Assembly (NCBI GenBank): GCA_950097015.1
Contig: CATNEN010000014.1
Coordinates: 558,001 to 622,000, forward strand
DNA from: Macrostomum hystrix
Taxonomy: Eukaryota > Animalia > Platyhelminthes
DNA: 64,000 nt
Direction of reading: 5' to 3'
The position numbers and the translations under genes were made by a program. The notes beneath the pieces are model-generated. The model was not told the DNA's origin. It saw nothing but the letters and a program-made list of their open reading frames with translations, and ran no database searches. Numbering within the stretch: position 1 is the first letter of the stretch; each line of letters begins with the position of its first letter. Positions 16,281-29,000 of this stretch are shown piece by piece.

Positions 16281-16319
16281 TTGCCCTGACGAAGAATTTT
16301 TAATTCGAAATATCGGCAA
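16281..16319 (+). ncRNA. Minimal type I hammerhead ribozyme of the kind found in Penelope-like retroelement pLTRs.
   Basis: Stem I TTGCC (16281-85) pairs with GGCAA (16315-19). Core CTGACGA, extra A, stem II GAATT-ttt-AATTC, GAAA, then palindromic minimal stem III ATAT and cleavage triplet ATC (cut after 16314). Confidence 0.7.
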
Positions 16320-16399
16320 AAATTAAATATAAAGTCAGCTTTACCTCTTTACCGCGTCGTTGCCTGGGATTGGAGGTGCTCTCCTCTCTCTCCCCCTCT

Positions 16400-17100
16400 C
16401 TCCGTTTTTCTTCCCTGTTCCCCTTTCTCCCCTATACTCCTTCTCCCCTGATACTCCTCCCCATCTACCCATTCTTCTCAATGCTCATTCTCTCCCCGAT
16501 ACTCCTCCCTATCTACCCCTTCTCCCCATCTACCCCTTCTCCCCATTTATCCCTTCTCCGATATACTCTTTCTCCCCCTTTACTCCTCCTCCCCCGATAC
16601 TCCTCACCCTATACTCCTTCTCACCCTATACTCCTCACCCTATACTCCTTCTCACCCTATACTCCTTCTCACCCTATACTCCTTCTCACCCTATACTCCT
16701 TCTCACCCTATACTCCTTCTCACCCTATACTCCTTCTCACCCTATACTCCTTCTCACCCTATACTCCTTCTCACCCTATACTCCTTCTCACCCTATACTC
16801 CTTCTCACCCTATACTCCTTCTCACCCTATACTCCTTCTCACCCTATACTCCTTCTCACCCTATACTCCTTCTCACCCTATACTCCTTCTCACCCTATAC
16901 TCCTTCTCACCCTATACTCCTTCTCACCCTATACTCCTTCTCACCCTATACTCCTTCTCACCCTATACTCCTTCTCACCCTATACTCCTTCTCACCCTAT
17001 ACTCCTTCTCACCCTATACTCCTTCTCACCCTATATTCCTTCTCACCCTATACTCCTTCTCACCCTATACCCCTCAACCCATCGCCACCCTCAACCCTAC
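16400..17100. repeat. Pyrimidine-rich region resolving into a 17-bp repeat (CCCTATACTCCTTCTCA) from ~16600 to 17075. A similar degenerate tract lies at 15880-16070.
   Basis: Direct reading; almost no G on the + strand. Confidence 0.95.
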
Positions 17101-17757
17101 TCTACTCATTGACTTCTATGGATCGCTAAGCTTATAACTCTCATTTACCCCCTACTCTTTCTCTGCACTTTCTATTTCCCAGTCTATCCCTGGCCTCACT
17201 CCAAACGGCCCCCGGCCAGCGGCAGACGCGACGCGACTTTTTCTCCTATTCAAATTTGCGGAACCGGGAAAGGAGAATTTGCATTCTCAGATCTAGACGG
17301 TAAAACACGCGCAGGTTTTTAACTGAGGAAAACTGAATAGTGACTGGGCTGTCATGACCACAGACTCTAGCGCTGTGAAACACTCCGCTGTCTGCAAACC
17401 GACTTTTTCTGCCTCTGCCATCAATTGCCGTCTTTTCCGATTTCTGTTGGCAAGTAATTTTCTCTGCAATGTGACCTGAATCACAAGGTTCCACAGAGGG
17501 CAAGCACAGTGTGGGGTGCAACAGTAAGCCTAATTTTTAGGAAATCAAGTTTCAAATTTTGCCTCTAGCAGTTAGCATTTGATGGTTTACTATCGCTGCA
17601 GCCACTGCACTAAAGCTGTGCGTTACCATTCTTGACAATAAGTCCAGGCTTGCCTCTACCCTTGACTTATTAAAGCGGACCTGACTCCCATGTCAGAGCG
17701 TCAGCTCACTCAAAGTAACTCAAGCGCTGTCAAAGCAGCTGTTCAAAATAATATAGT

Positions 17758-18503
17758 CTAAGAGCCGACTCCACGGTCGCCAGTGATGGTGGCGGCGCCG
17801 CGGTCGTCAATAACTTCTGTGGCGCCGGTGGTCGCGGCCATGCTAGTGCTGGAGCCGTCGGGAGCCGTTTCTTCGGGGAAGGCGAGCACGGCCCGCTCCT
17901 CGGCGCGGATGACCTGCATGACGCTGTCAAGCTGGGCGCGGCCTGCCTTGTGCAGCTGCTGGTTCTGCACCTCTTGCCAGCGCCGGTTGTGCTCCTCGGC
18001 AGCCGTGGCTGCAGCGGCTTCGTCCACCTCTATGAGATTGTGCGAAGAGCTGGACGTCTCGATGATCTGGTCGGAGTCGATTCGCTTGCTGTGCAGGTAG
18101 CGGGCGGTCAGGGCCGCCTGGCAGTAGCTGTACAGGCTGAGGTCGAAGCGGGACAGGAGCAGCTTGTACTCGGGCAGCAGGCTGTCCAGAGTCTCCTTGG
18201 CCAGCCCGAAGCGCCGCTTGAGTTCGTTGGTAGGCACTCCCTGGGCCTGCATGTCGCTGGCCAAGCGGCGCAAGAAGGCGTCTTTGTAGTCGCTGTCCAG
18301 CTCCTGCACTTCATCTCTCATCTCCTTCAATGACTGCCTCTGTTTCATGGTCTTGCGTCGGCTTCAAGCAAAGCTCCAGAGTGCACCTCTTAGGCTTCTC
18401 TATCTACCTTTTTGTAAAGAAGAAGGGCGCCCGTTTTAAAGCTGCTTATTTGCGCAAGTTTCTCGCTGGCTGACGCGCTAGCCAATTTGTCTATGGCTTT
18501 GAG
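17758..18503 (-). CDS. Hypothetical alpha-helical/coiled-coil protein. Exons ~18503-18405 and ~18351-17758.
   Basis: 196-aa ORF with strong GC3 bias and helical, charged composition. An upstream candidate exon ELKAIDK...LLYKK is bounded by CCAG and GTAGAT. It may connect to further exons near 17480 and 15560 and to the 4-TM exon; this is unresolved. Confidence 0.6.
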
Positions 18504-19202
18504 CTCCTGGAAGATTTGCACCCAGCACAAAGTCCCACCTACAGAAAATCTGTGCTCCCACCCTTGCTCAAAGCCAGTAGTTTTCAAAGTTTTCAATGCT
18601 CAAAGAGTTCTTTTCAGGCGTAATTGGTGGTTTTAAGCCATTGACTAATATGCAAAAGGGGAAGCAAACAAAAACCCGATGTCTGCAGACAGTTTTTGAA
18701 GTGCAGGTGAATAGTATGTATGATAAAAATTTTACAAATGTGTATCACACAACTGGCACGCGAATACTGTGTGGTCATCACTGATTGAGGTCTGGAGGTT
18801 AAAAAGTGCTCCTTTGAGATATGGATTTGAAAAAACCAGTGCATTTTATGCAGTGCATCGTACAAACAAACTGGTATTTGGTGTTACGGATACATGTGCC
18901 ACAGTACCTACAAATTGGTACTGTGATAAATCGACTGGAAATAATCATTTAGTTCAGTTGCTCGTCGATTTGAACTATGTGACTATAAGCTATTTTCAGT
19001 CTGCAATCGTTTAGGTCATGTTTTATAAAGATGTCGTCATTTTGATTTTTTAAACTGTTTTCCGCTACTTGCAGCTCTCACACCAGGTCGGATAAATTAG
19101 GAAGCCAAATCATCTTGGAGGAATTGCACTGGTAATTGCGTATAATTGACGCGTCTATGAATAACAAAAGGCTGATTCGGTATATTTGAGTTAAATCAAA
19201 CT

Positions 19203-19422
19203 AGGGTAATCACGGAAGGGTAATCATGGAAGGGTAATCACGGAAGGGTAATCACGGAAGGGTAATCACGGAAGGGTAATCACGGAAGGGTAATCACGGA
19301 AGGGTAATCACGGAAGGGTAATCACGGAAGGGTAATCACGGAAGGGTAATCACGGAAGGGTAATTACGGAAGGGTAATCACGGAAGGGTAATTACGGAAG
19401 GGTAATCACGGAAGGGTAATCA
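19203..19422. repeat. 14-bp repeat (CACGGAAGGGTAAT), ~15 copies.
   Basis: Direct reading. Confidence 0.95.
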
Positions 19423-20002
19423 ATTGGAAATGATGCGCATGGAAGTCGGGGCTACGAGCGTCTGGGAATGAGTTGAAGTCGACGCGAATTGAATAAATCT
19501 CGGCTAAAATTAAAAGACGGGCAGGCAGGCGGCCAGAGGAAGCAGGACATCTTGAGCAGCGAATTGGGCATGCGAAACTGATGGCGGCAGAAGGCCTGCC
19601 ATGTGATTATGCCTGTGGGCACCTTGAAAGTGCTCTGGCTAGCAACCAATATAGGCTTGATCAAGACATCGAATCCCACTCACGAGATCTTCTAATATGA
19701 AACTCGCAATTAAAAACTATCATTGACGTCAGCGAAATACTTAAGGCGATTATCAATAATTTTTATTTCGGAGGATAGATTTCAGTGTTTTGGTCGGGAA
19801 GTTAAAAAAAGAAATGAATATTGTTAGTGACAGTTGGTAAAAAGCGCATTGTTTTGAGTAAAAAAGTTTCTTTCCTATCATGATGGCAGTCTACAACGCA
19901 AAAACGCAGGTAAAATCACTATTGCCGCTGCAGCAGCTGCAAAAGCTTAATAAAAGAAAATTTTGCATCAATGCGAAGTCCCTCACACAGGCTGCTCGAG
20001 CC

Positions 20003-23000
20003 TCACACCTCCGAGTTCCTTGAACCGGCTTGAACTACTTTCACCTGGTCCTCCGCAGGTTCCTCCGAGTACTCGCTGCCGCTGGAATCGCCAGAGCCCG
20101 ATTCCGTTTCCGAGTCGGAGCTCGAAGCATCGTCGGTGGATTCTGTGGTAGCTGTCGATGCCTCCGCAGCAACCACCGCTGCCGATCCAACAGCTGCAGC
20201 CGCGTGAAGCTGCTGGAGCGACGCCTTTGCCGGCTTCGGGAGTCGTGGCGGTGGCATTGGAGGTGCTGGCTCCGGGGACGGTTGTGGCGTCGGCGTATTG
20301 GGTGTCGTTGGCTGGGATGGGGGCGTGGAGATCTGGGAGCGGCGCGCGGTCAGCAGAAGGTCCTGCAGCGGCTGGGTCTGGCTGTCGCCAGAGACCTCGG
20401 AGACGCCTGTTTTGATGAGGAAGGCAGTCGAGATGGGAATAGGGACATGAGGTGCGAATGGGAAACGAAATAGCTGGCAGGGAAGAGTGCAAGGAATTGC
20501 TGAAAGAGAGTAAAAGGAGTTAATGAGTGTGGTTGAGAGGCAGAATAGTTAACGCGTTTGCGTTATAGGTCCTTAACCTGATTCCGCGGCGAGGCCGCTT
20601 TCATTTGAGGCGTAGCAACGGACAGATGGCTTGAATACAATTTATGCCCTTGAGGATCCGAATCGAAAACAGATCGGCCTCATGACTTACGTGACAGCCG
20701 GAACTTGGAATCGAAATCTACAACGGAGAAATCACGGCAGTGGTGACAAGTGTTCAGGGCTCTGCAGCTTCAATAAGAGTTCGGGAGCAAAGAGTCTGTC
20801 CTTACCATCTGTACTGCCCCGCCGAATCTCCACTGGTGGGTCAGGCTGCGTTTCCTGAAAATTTTTACACATCAGTTTTGAAGCACTACAAATTATGGTC
20901 AAACCGGATCAGAGCGGGTAAAGTAGCACCCACCCTGTCGAGGCAGTCCGCTGTTGCGCGGGCCAGGCTGGACAGCCGCCTCAGCGAACTGTCAATCATC
21001 GCCGAATGAGGATGAGAAGCGCAACTTGCGCCGCTGCCGCTGTTTTTTAGCACTGGCAGAATGGTAGTCAGCGCAGTGCTGGCTTCAGCCATCAGCCGCC
21101 AGGCCAGCAGAATCTTCTCAGGCCGACTGGGCTGGTTCTCAGACTGCGACATCTGGGAAGGCAACGGCAGGCTCTAGCAGGGATTTAGTACTCAATGAAA
21201 AGTCTACCCAAGGCTACTCACCGCCTGCGCCTCCTGGCAGACCCGCATGTTCAAGCCTAGGGCCACTGGCAGCACCGTCTGCTGCTCACGGAGCGTCGCC
21301 TCCAACCGGGCCTGGTAGTCTGCGGCCAGGCCAGCTGACAGAGTGGCTGCCGCAGGTGAGGGCGGCAGCGTCTGCTGTGGCGACTGCGGAGCAGCTGGCT
21401 TCGGCGGCGGCGGCGGAGGAGGCGGTCGAGAAGCTTGGCCACCGGGCTCTTTTTCACCCTCTTTGTCTGGAATGATAAGCGAAAAATGATAATCGCAAAA
21501 TGCCCTCAAACCAGCCTCCCCGCCAGAGACGAGAGTGAGCTAACAAGAAATCGCCACCGCTTACCAGCAGGTACAGCCGCCTCACCCTCGGACTCATCGG
21601 TCGCTGCGGCCTCAGCTGCGTGTCGAGTCGCCGACGCCAGCAGGGAGGCGGGCGGCGGGCGCGGCACGTTGACGCCCGCCGAACTGTGCACACGTCGGTG
21701 CTCCACCAGGTGCTGGGCCGACTGCGGTTGCGACAGGCTCAGTAAGCTGCTGCCGACCCGCGAGGTGAGGTCGACCGCAGAGCCCGACAGACTGGCGTGG
21801 CGGTCCAGCAGACGCTGCGTCAGGCGGGGTGCCAGGCCGCGGATGCACTCCACGAAGTCGGTGGCCTGGCACTGCGTCTCTGTGGCGAAAAAGGGTAGGC
21901 GCGGCTTTTCCTGGCTCATACGGAACTCCAGCATCAGCGGCTTGACACGACCTGTACCGGAAGCCCCTGGCGCTCCCGCCGTCACCTGTGGAATCCGAGG
22001 GTTTAGATAAGATCAGATGGGAAGAAATCGGGATCAAATTCTATCTGGAATTAGGTCAGCATTTTTTACTGGTGAGAAGTTTCTAGATGTCTAGATTTCT
22101 AGATATGAGAAGATGATGCATCACGACATAAGAGGGTATAGATAGACATTTACGAGCGTAGACAAGGAGACGAAAACCTGATTCGAATAAACAAGATCGT
22201 TCCTTGGTATGACGACAGCGGCTTTAGAATCTCACCTGCTCGACAATGATGCGGAACTCGGCATCAACAACGCGGGATCCTGGCAGACGGCGCCGTGTCT
22301 CCGAGGCCGTGTCAAAGATGTGGACCACGCTGTCCATGGGAATCACAGGTGGGCAGTTGGTCTCAATCAGGTTGCCCATCTCTGATGACTGCGCCTGCGG
22401 CTGCGGCTGCGGCTGAGCCTGCTGCTGCTGCTGAGAGTCCACCGTCAGACTTGGCCCTAGAAACAATGCACTCGACTGTCATGATTCCAGCGACTGGCAC
22501 TTCCTGCGACTGTGTCACCTTGTGACTGCTACTCCAAGGAGCCACTCCCTAAAACGGTCACTTCACGCAAAAGGAATGGAGGGAATCGAGAATCTGGCAA
22601 GTTGCTTACCGAGCTGCTTGAGCAGCTGGTACTTGACTCCTCTGGCCTCATCCGTTTCAGAAATGACGAGCAGAAAGTCGGTGAAGACGAAGAGCCTCAG
22701 CCGGTAGCCCTCGAGTCCAGGCATGAACACCTCACGCGTCACGTGTAGCTCGCATGTGTGCAGGTGGGACACCTGATCTCGGAACCGGCCAATGCGGCTC
22801 TCATCCATAAGAGAGCGCTCCCAGAAATTGGAGAATGATTTGCTGAGCACCAGTTGTCTGCTCAGCTCTTTCAATTTGGTGCCGGTGTTGTTGCAGTATT
22901 CGCTGATGACCTTCGCCTTAGCTACGCATTTTTCCAGGTTTTCGGCGTCCTTGTCTAGAATGTGGAAAGCATGCAAGATTTATACGACTTGTGCATGTGC

Positions 23001-26000
23001 ACTAAATAGGGGCACATTATTCAATGCAAACATCTTGACTCTGCAAGCGCTTTGGTGGATTGAACACCGCTCCATCGATCACTGATTGGAATTCTCCTCA
23101 CTAAGCAAACATTCGCTCACATCCTGAATTCCGTTTCCCAAACCTTAGATATCAGGGCGCTCACCTGCGAACTCACAGGCCTCCTTGGCCTTCCTGGCTT
23201 TCCTGGCGGCAGTCTCGAGCAGGGTGACCATGCGCATGGTCTGCTGCATGTTGACGCTGTACAGATCGACGAAGCGGCGCTTGTTCATGGCGGGGTGCGC
23301 CTCGGCCCGCGCGAAGAACCGATTGAAGCTTGGGTCCTCGCGGCGCAGCCCAATGAGGCGCAGGATGATGTCATCCTCGTTGATGCTGGCGGTCTTTCTC
23401 CTCGTATTGACCTTGGCAAAGCCGAAGCTCAAGCCGAGCTGCTGGAATTTCAGCGCGTTGCCGCCCTCCGAGTACCAGTTCAGCAGGCGCTCACCGAATC
23501 GCTCAAGCCGACCAGAGCGCTTAAAGTCGTCCAAGTTGTCCCCGCCGCCGATGCAATTGTGCAGACTGCGGTACAGTGCAATGCACTCGGTCACAAAGTG
23601 CAACCCCAGCTGCTGCAGCATAGGTCGATTGGCCTGAGGCCAAGGCTGTACGAACAACAGGTCCAGCAGAGTGAGAGCTCGGAGGTGGCTCTGCGAGCTG
23701 AAGATCACCTGCAGGAAAATTCACTTCAAAAGTGAGCCAATAATTTTATTTCTAAAAGTCAAACCTTTCAGTGGGTAAACCTTCTACATTTAACAAAAAC
23801 CATGGGGTTTACTGAGAGAAATTTACTGTCGCTCTGAATAGGGGAAGTCAGCGATTGACTGGCTCGGAACAGACCTCGTGCAGGGCCAGCTGGTAATCGC
23901 GGAAGCGTTCGGCGTCTTTCTCAGAGCCGGAGGCCGGTCGCAGCTGGGCAAGGCATCCACCCAGGCCGGAGCTCTCAATGTAGCCCTGAAAGTCGGCCGG
24001 CACGCCGCCGATGTCCGGATGCTTCGACACCGCGTCATCCCGCACAGCTACCTCGGCGTACTGGAAGCGAGGGGTGAATTAAGGCCCAGCATTAATCTAT
24101 GGGCTTTTCCTTTGAGTCCCGCTGGCAGAATGCCAAGTCTACGGCAGCTCACCAGCTCTCCGCCCAAATCGTAGGGTGACAGCAAAGCGACATCCTGCCC
24201 AGAATCCACGCTGCCTCGGTGGCCCCCTGCGCCGCTGCCCACAACATCCAGGCTGATTTGCGGCATCGAGGCAATCTGCGGTGGAGGCGCTGTTGTGGAG
24301 TTGGACGGTGGAACGACTTCTGCATCAGCGGCGGCGCCGGCTGAGGCGACTGTGCTCAAGGAAGCGCTCGAGCCGAAGGACCTGGCTGGCGCTTTCGGCG
24401 CAGCTGGGAGAGTTGGCAGGAGGGTTGGCGACGCATTCAAGTGACAGATCCCTAAAATTTCTATCTGAAAAGTTAGCTCTAGTGAGCATGCACACTCCGT
24501 GCGTGTTCGGTGTGCCTGTTGTTATCATGCATGGAATGGATAGTGGCACTTTTCTGGCAATGTCATTCAGCTTTTGACACAAAAGCCGCACCAGAATGCT
24601 CAGAGACAATCCTCAGTGCTTAGTGGCACTTTTCTGGCAATGTCATTCAGCTTTTGACACAAAAGCCGCACCAGAATGCTCAGAGACAATCCTCAGTGCT
24701 TAGTGGCCCTTTTCTGGCAATGTCATTCAGCTTTTGACACAAAAGCCGCACCAGAATGCTCAGAGGCAATCCTCAGTGCTTAGTGGCCCTTTTCTGGCAA
24801 TGTCATTCAGCTTTTGACACAAAAGCCGCACCAGAATGCTCAGAGGCAATCCTCAGTGCTTAGTGGCCCTTTTCTGGCAATGTCATTCAGCTTTTGACAC
24901 AAAAGCCGCACCAGAATGCTCAGAGACAATCCTCAGTGCTTAGTGGCCCTTTTCTGGCAATGTCATTCAGCTTTTGACACAAAAGCCGCACCAGAATGCT
25001 CAGAGGCAATCCTCAGTGCTTAGTGGCCCTTTTCTGGCAATGTCATTCAGCTTTTGACACAAAAGCCGCACCAGAATGCTCAGAGGCAATCCTCAGTGCT
25101 TAGTGGCACTTTTCTGGCAATGTCATTCAGCTTTTGACACAAAAGCCGCACCAGAATGCTCAGAGGCAATCCTCAGTGCTTAGTGGCCCTTTTCTGGCAA
25201 TGTCATTCAGCTTTTGACACAAAAGCCGCACCAGAATGCTCAGAGGCAATCCTCAGTGCTTAGTGGCCCTTTTCTGGCAATGTCATTCAGCTTTTGACAC
25301 AAAAGCCGCACCAGAATGCTCAGAGGTAATCCTCAGTGCTCAGTGGCACTTTTCTGGCAATGTCATTCAGCTTTTGACACAAAAGCCGCACCAGAATGCT
25401 CAGAGACAATCCTCAGTGCTTAGTGGCACTTTTCTGGCAATGTCATTCAGCTTTTGACACAAAAGCCGCACCAGAATGCTCAGAGACAATCCTCAGTGCT
25501 CAGTGGCCCTTTTCTGGCAATGTCATTCAGCTTTTGACACAAAAGCCGCACCAGAATGCTCAGAGACAATCCTCAGTGCTTAGTGGCACTTTTCTGGCAA
25601 TGTCATTCAGCTTTTGACACAAAAGCCGCACCAGAATGCTCAGAGGCAATCCTCAGTGCTTAGTGGCCCTTTTCTGGCAATGTCATTCAGCTTTTGACAC
25701 AAAAGCCGCACCAGAATGCTCAGAGACAATCCTCAGTGCTTAGTGGCCCTTTTCTGGCAATGTCATTCAGCTTTTGACACAAAAGCCGCACCAGAATGCT
25801 CAGAGGCAATCCTCAGTGCTTAGTGGCCCTTTTCTGGCAATGTCATTCAGCTTTTGACACAAAAGCCGCACCAGAATGCTCAGAGGCAATCCTCAGTGCT
25901 TAGTGGCACTTTTCTGGCAATGTCATTCAGCTTTTGACACAAAAGCCGCACCAGAATGCTCAGAGACAATCCTCAGTGCTTAGTGGCCCTTTTCTGGCAA

Positions 26001-29000
26001 TGTCATTCAGCTTTTGACACAAAAGCCGCACCAGAATGCTCAGAGGCAATCCTCAGTGCTTAGTGGCCCTTTTCTGGCAATGTCATTCAGCTTTTGACAC
26101 AAAAGCCGCACCAGAATGCTCAGAGGCAATCCTCAGTGCTTAGTGGCCCTTTTCTGGCAATGTCATTCAGCTTTTGACACAAAAGCCGCACCAGAATGCT
26201 CAGAGGTAATCCTCAGTGCTCAGTGGCACTTTTCTGGCAATGTCATTCAGCTTTTGACACAAAAGCCGCACCAGAATGCTCAGAGACAATCCTCAGTGCT
26301 TAGTGGCACTTTTCTGGCAATGTCATTCAGCTTTTGACACAAAAGCCGCACCAGAATGCTCAGAGACAATCCTCAGTGCTCAGTGGCCCTTTTCTGGCAA
26401 TGTCATTCAGCTTTTGACACAAAAGCCGCACCAGAATGCTCAGAGACAATCCTCAGTGCTTAGTGGCACTTTTCTGGCAATGTCATTCAGCTTTTGACAC
26501 AAAAGCCGCACCAGAATGCTCAGAGGCAATCCTCAGTGCTTAGTGGCACTTTTCTGGCAATGTCATTCAGCTTTTGACACAAAAGCCGCACCAGAATGCT
26601 CAGAGACAATCCTCAGTGCTCAGTGCTAGTCGCATTGTATTCATATGCTTTTAAATTAGCTCTTATTCTTGATTGGTGCTAAGGCATTGTACTAGCTAGC
26701 AGCTTCATGGCCAAATCAGGCAGAGTGAATCACAGGGCAGAATGCATCTAATTTCTTTTATTTTCCGTTAGAAAAGTACAACTGAGGTAAAAACTTACCC
26801 AGCCACTTGGCTACAGATATTGTGAACTGCGGCACTTGATCATGGCATTGTGCGGGGTTTAACTGTACTGCTAATATTGAGCAAGTCTTAAATGCACTCT
26901 TCACATCTTACTACTAACTACACGGTTACTCACTGCGAGTACATTCTTCAGTTTCCTAAGATAATAATAAATACCATAAAAGTACAGGGTCAGCACGATG
27001 AATTAGTGAATCTGGTTTCTGTGAAACATAGTTCTGTGAATCTGGGTTCTGTGAATCTGGGTTCTGTGAATCTGGGTTCTGTGAATCTGCGTTCTGTGAA
27101 TCTGGGTTCTGTGAATCTGGGTTTTGAGAATCTGGGTTCTGTGAATCTGGTTTCTGTGAAACATAGTTCTGTGAATCTGGGTTCTGTGAATCTGGGTTCT
27201 GTGAATCTGGGTTCTGTGAATCTGGGTTCTGTGAATCTGGGTTCTGTGAATCTGGGTTTTGAGAATCTGGTTTCTGTGAAACATAGTTCTGTGAATCTGT
27301 GAAATGGCTTTCATGTAAATTGGGATCGGGCCATTGTTGGTCAGGCCTTTCGAGAAGTAAAAATATGGTATGTTCGTTATTTACATCTGAGTGTGGTATT
27401 GACCAATAAAATATTTTAGAAATAAATATATTGTAAGATCCTACTCTTAATAAAGAAAAACCATTGGTGCGGTTTTCCAAAAACAAAAGCTGGATCCAGA
27501 CAAAGGCACTGGACCCTGGCTTGTTTTCTGCTGAGCTGCGTGCTTTCTCTTACCTCGCCCGGAGGCCTGGGACCTCGGATCGGCGCTGGACTGGTAGGCG
27601 TGAGCTTCAAAGCGAAGTGACGACAGAATGTACTTTTAGTGCATCAACGCAAATGTACACTTAAGCTGCTTATTTATGTACATCAACTTTATAGAAGTTT
27701 GGGTAAAAGCAGAAACTGAGTGCCTCTCGAAATTTCAGGTAAAAAACTAATTAGGTATGCCAGGTGATCGCGTTTGCTTCTCGCACCACGGTCCCTGAGC
27801 TCGATTCAGCGGCGAGGCCACATTTATTTGGGGCCTTGTCGTGCAATCTATGACTGCGAGGGCCAACCTCCAAGGCACAGTGAAAGTGTACACTGCCTGA
27901 TGATGAGAAAGTCAGGGCAGATGTACACACCTGTGTGAGCGTATACCTGCGTACGGTATCTGTGTGCGTGTGTGCTCATGAGTCAGCGAAATGGGCAGAA
28001 GTGCCTCCTCGCTGACTAGGGTCTAGTGTCACTTAATGTTGTGCCATTGTCCGCAGACCTCCTGCATTTATTATTCTTCTTCACTGTGATCAGGTCTTCT
28101 TGGGGGCTTGACCGTCATACCCCAGGAGTCCTTCAAAGCCACATTAGGAACTGAGAAACGCATTCTCTGTAAAATTGTGATACTCTCGTGTGGGTCTTCT
28201 ACCGAATGCTAAATGTAGGCGGTGGTGGTGGAGAGAAAAGGGCAGTGAAAATCAAATGCCACATCAAACTCACCGCTGTCCTGCGTCTCGTCATTGTGGG
28301 CCCGCTTGATCAGGCCTGCGGCCGAGCTGCACGCGATCGGCTTCACACCGTCCAGGCAGCCTCCGTGTGACACGACCTGGCAGTCGCCAACTGAAAATTG
28401 TCATAGTAAAGTGCATTTGAGTAACTCATGATACGATCATCAATGAATCAAGACACTCACGAGACCATCATCAATGAATCAAGATACTCAGGACACCATC
28501 ATCAATGAATCAAGACACTGAGGAGACCATCATCAATGAACCAAGACACTCAGGACACCATCATCAATGAATCAAGACACTCAGGACACCATCATCAATG
28601 AATCAAGACACTCACGAGACCATCATCAATGAATCAAGACACTCACGAGACCATCATCAATGAATCAAGACACTCAGGAGACAATTATCAATGAATTAGT
28701 ACAACTAGGCTGAAACACTGACTTCTGCACCGCAATCCCTGAGGCCCGGGCCCACACAGAAGTTTGCCGCATGCTGAGCAGGCTCTGATCCGATCGAGCT
28801 CCACGGGCTTGAGTAGGTGTGTACCTCGCCGCTCAAAGCCCTTAAAGCCAAGAGCCCCTCCACTGCGTGGTCGCGGAACATTGAACTGCGGCAAGTCTGG
28901 TGGCAGTTCAGTTCGAATGCGTAGTCTGAAGAGCCGCTCCAGCAGCGACGCGAGGCAGCCGGCCTCCAGAGGTCCTCCAAACGGAGTCGACACCATGTAC

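Noticed and set aside
24538-26626. Regular arrays resembling CRISPR (also 36700-38300)
   Set aside because: The units are contiguous with no unique spacers, there are no cas genes, and the context is a eukaryotic intron.
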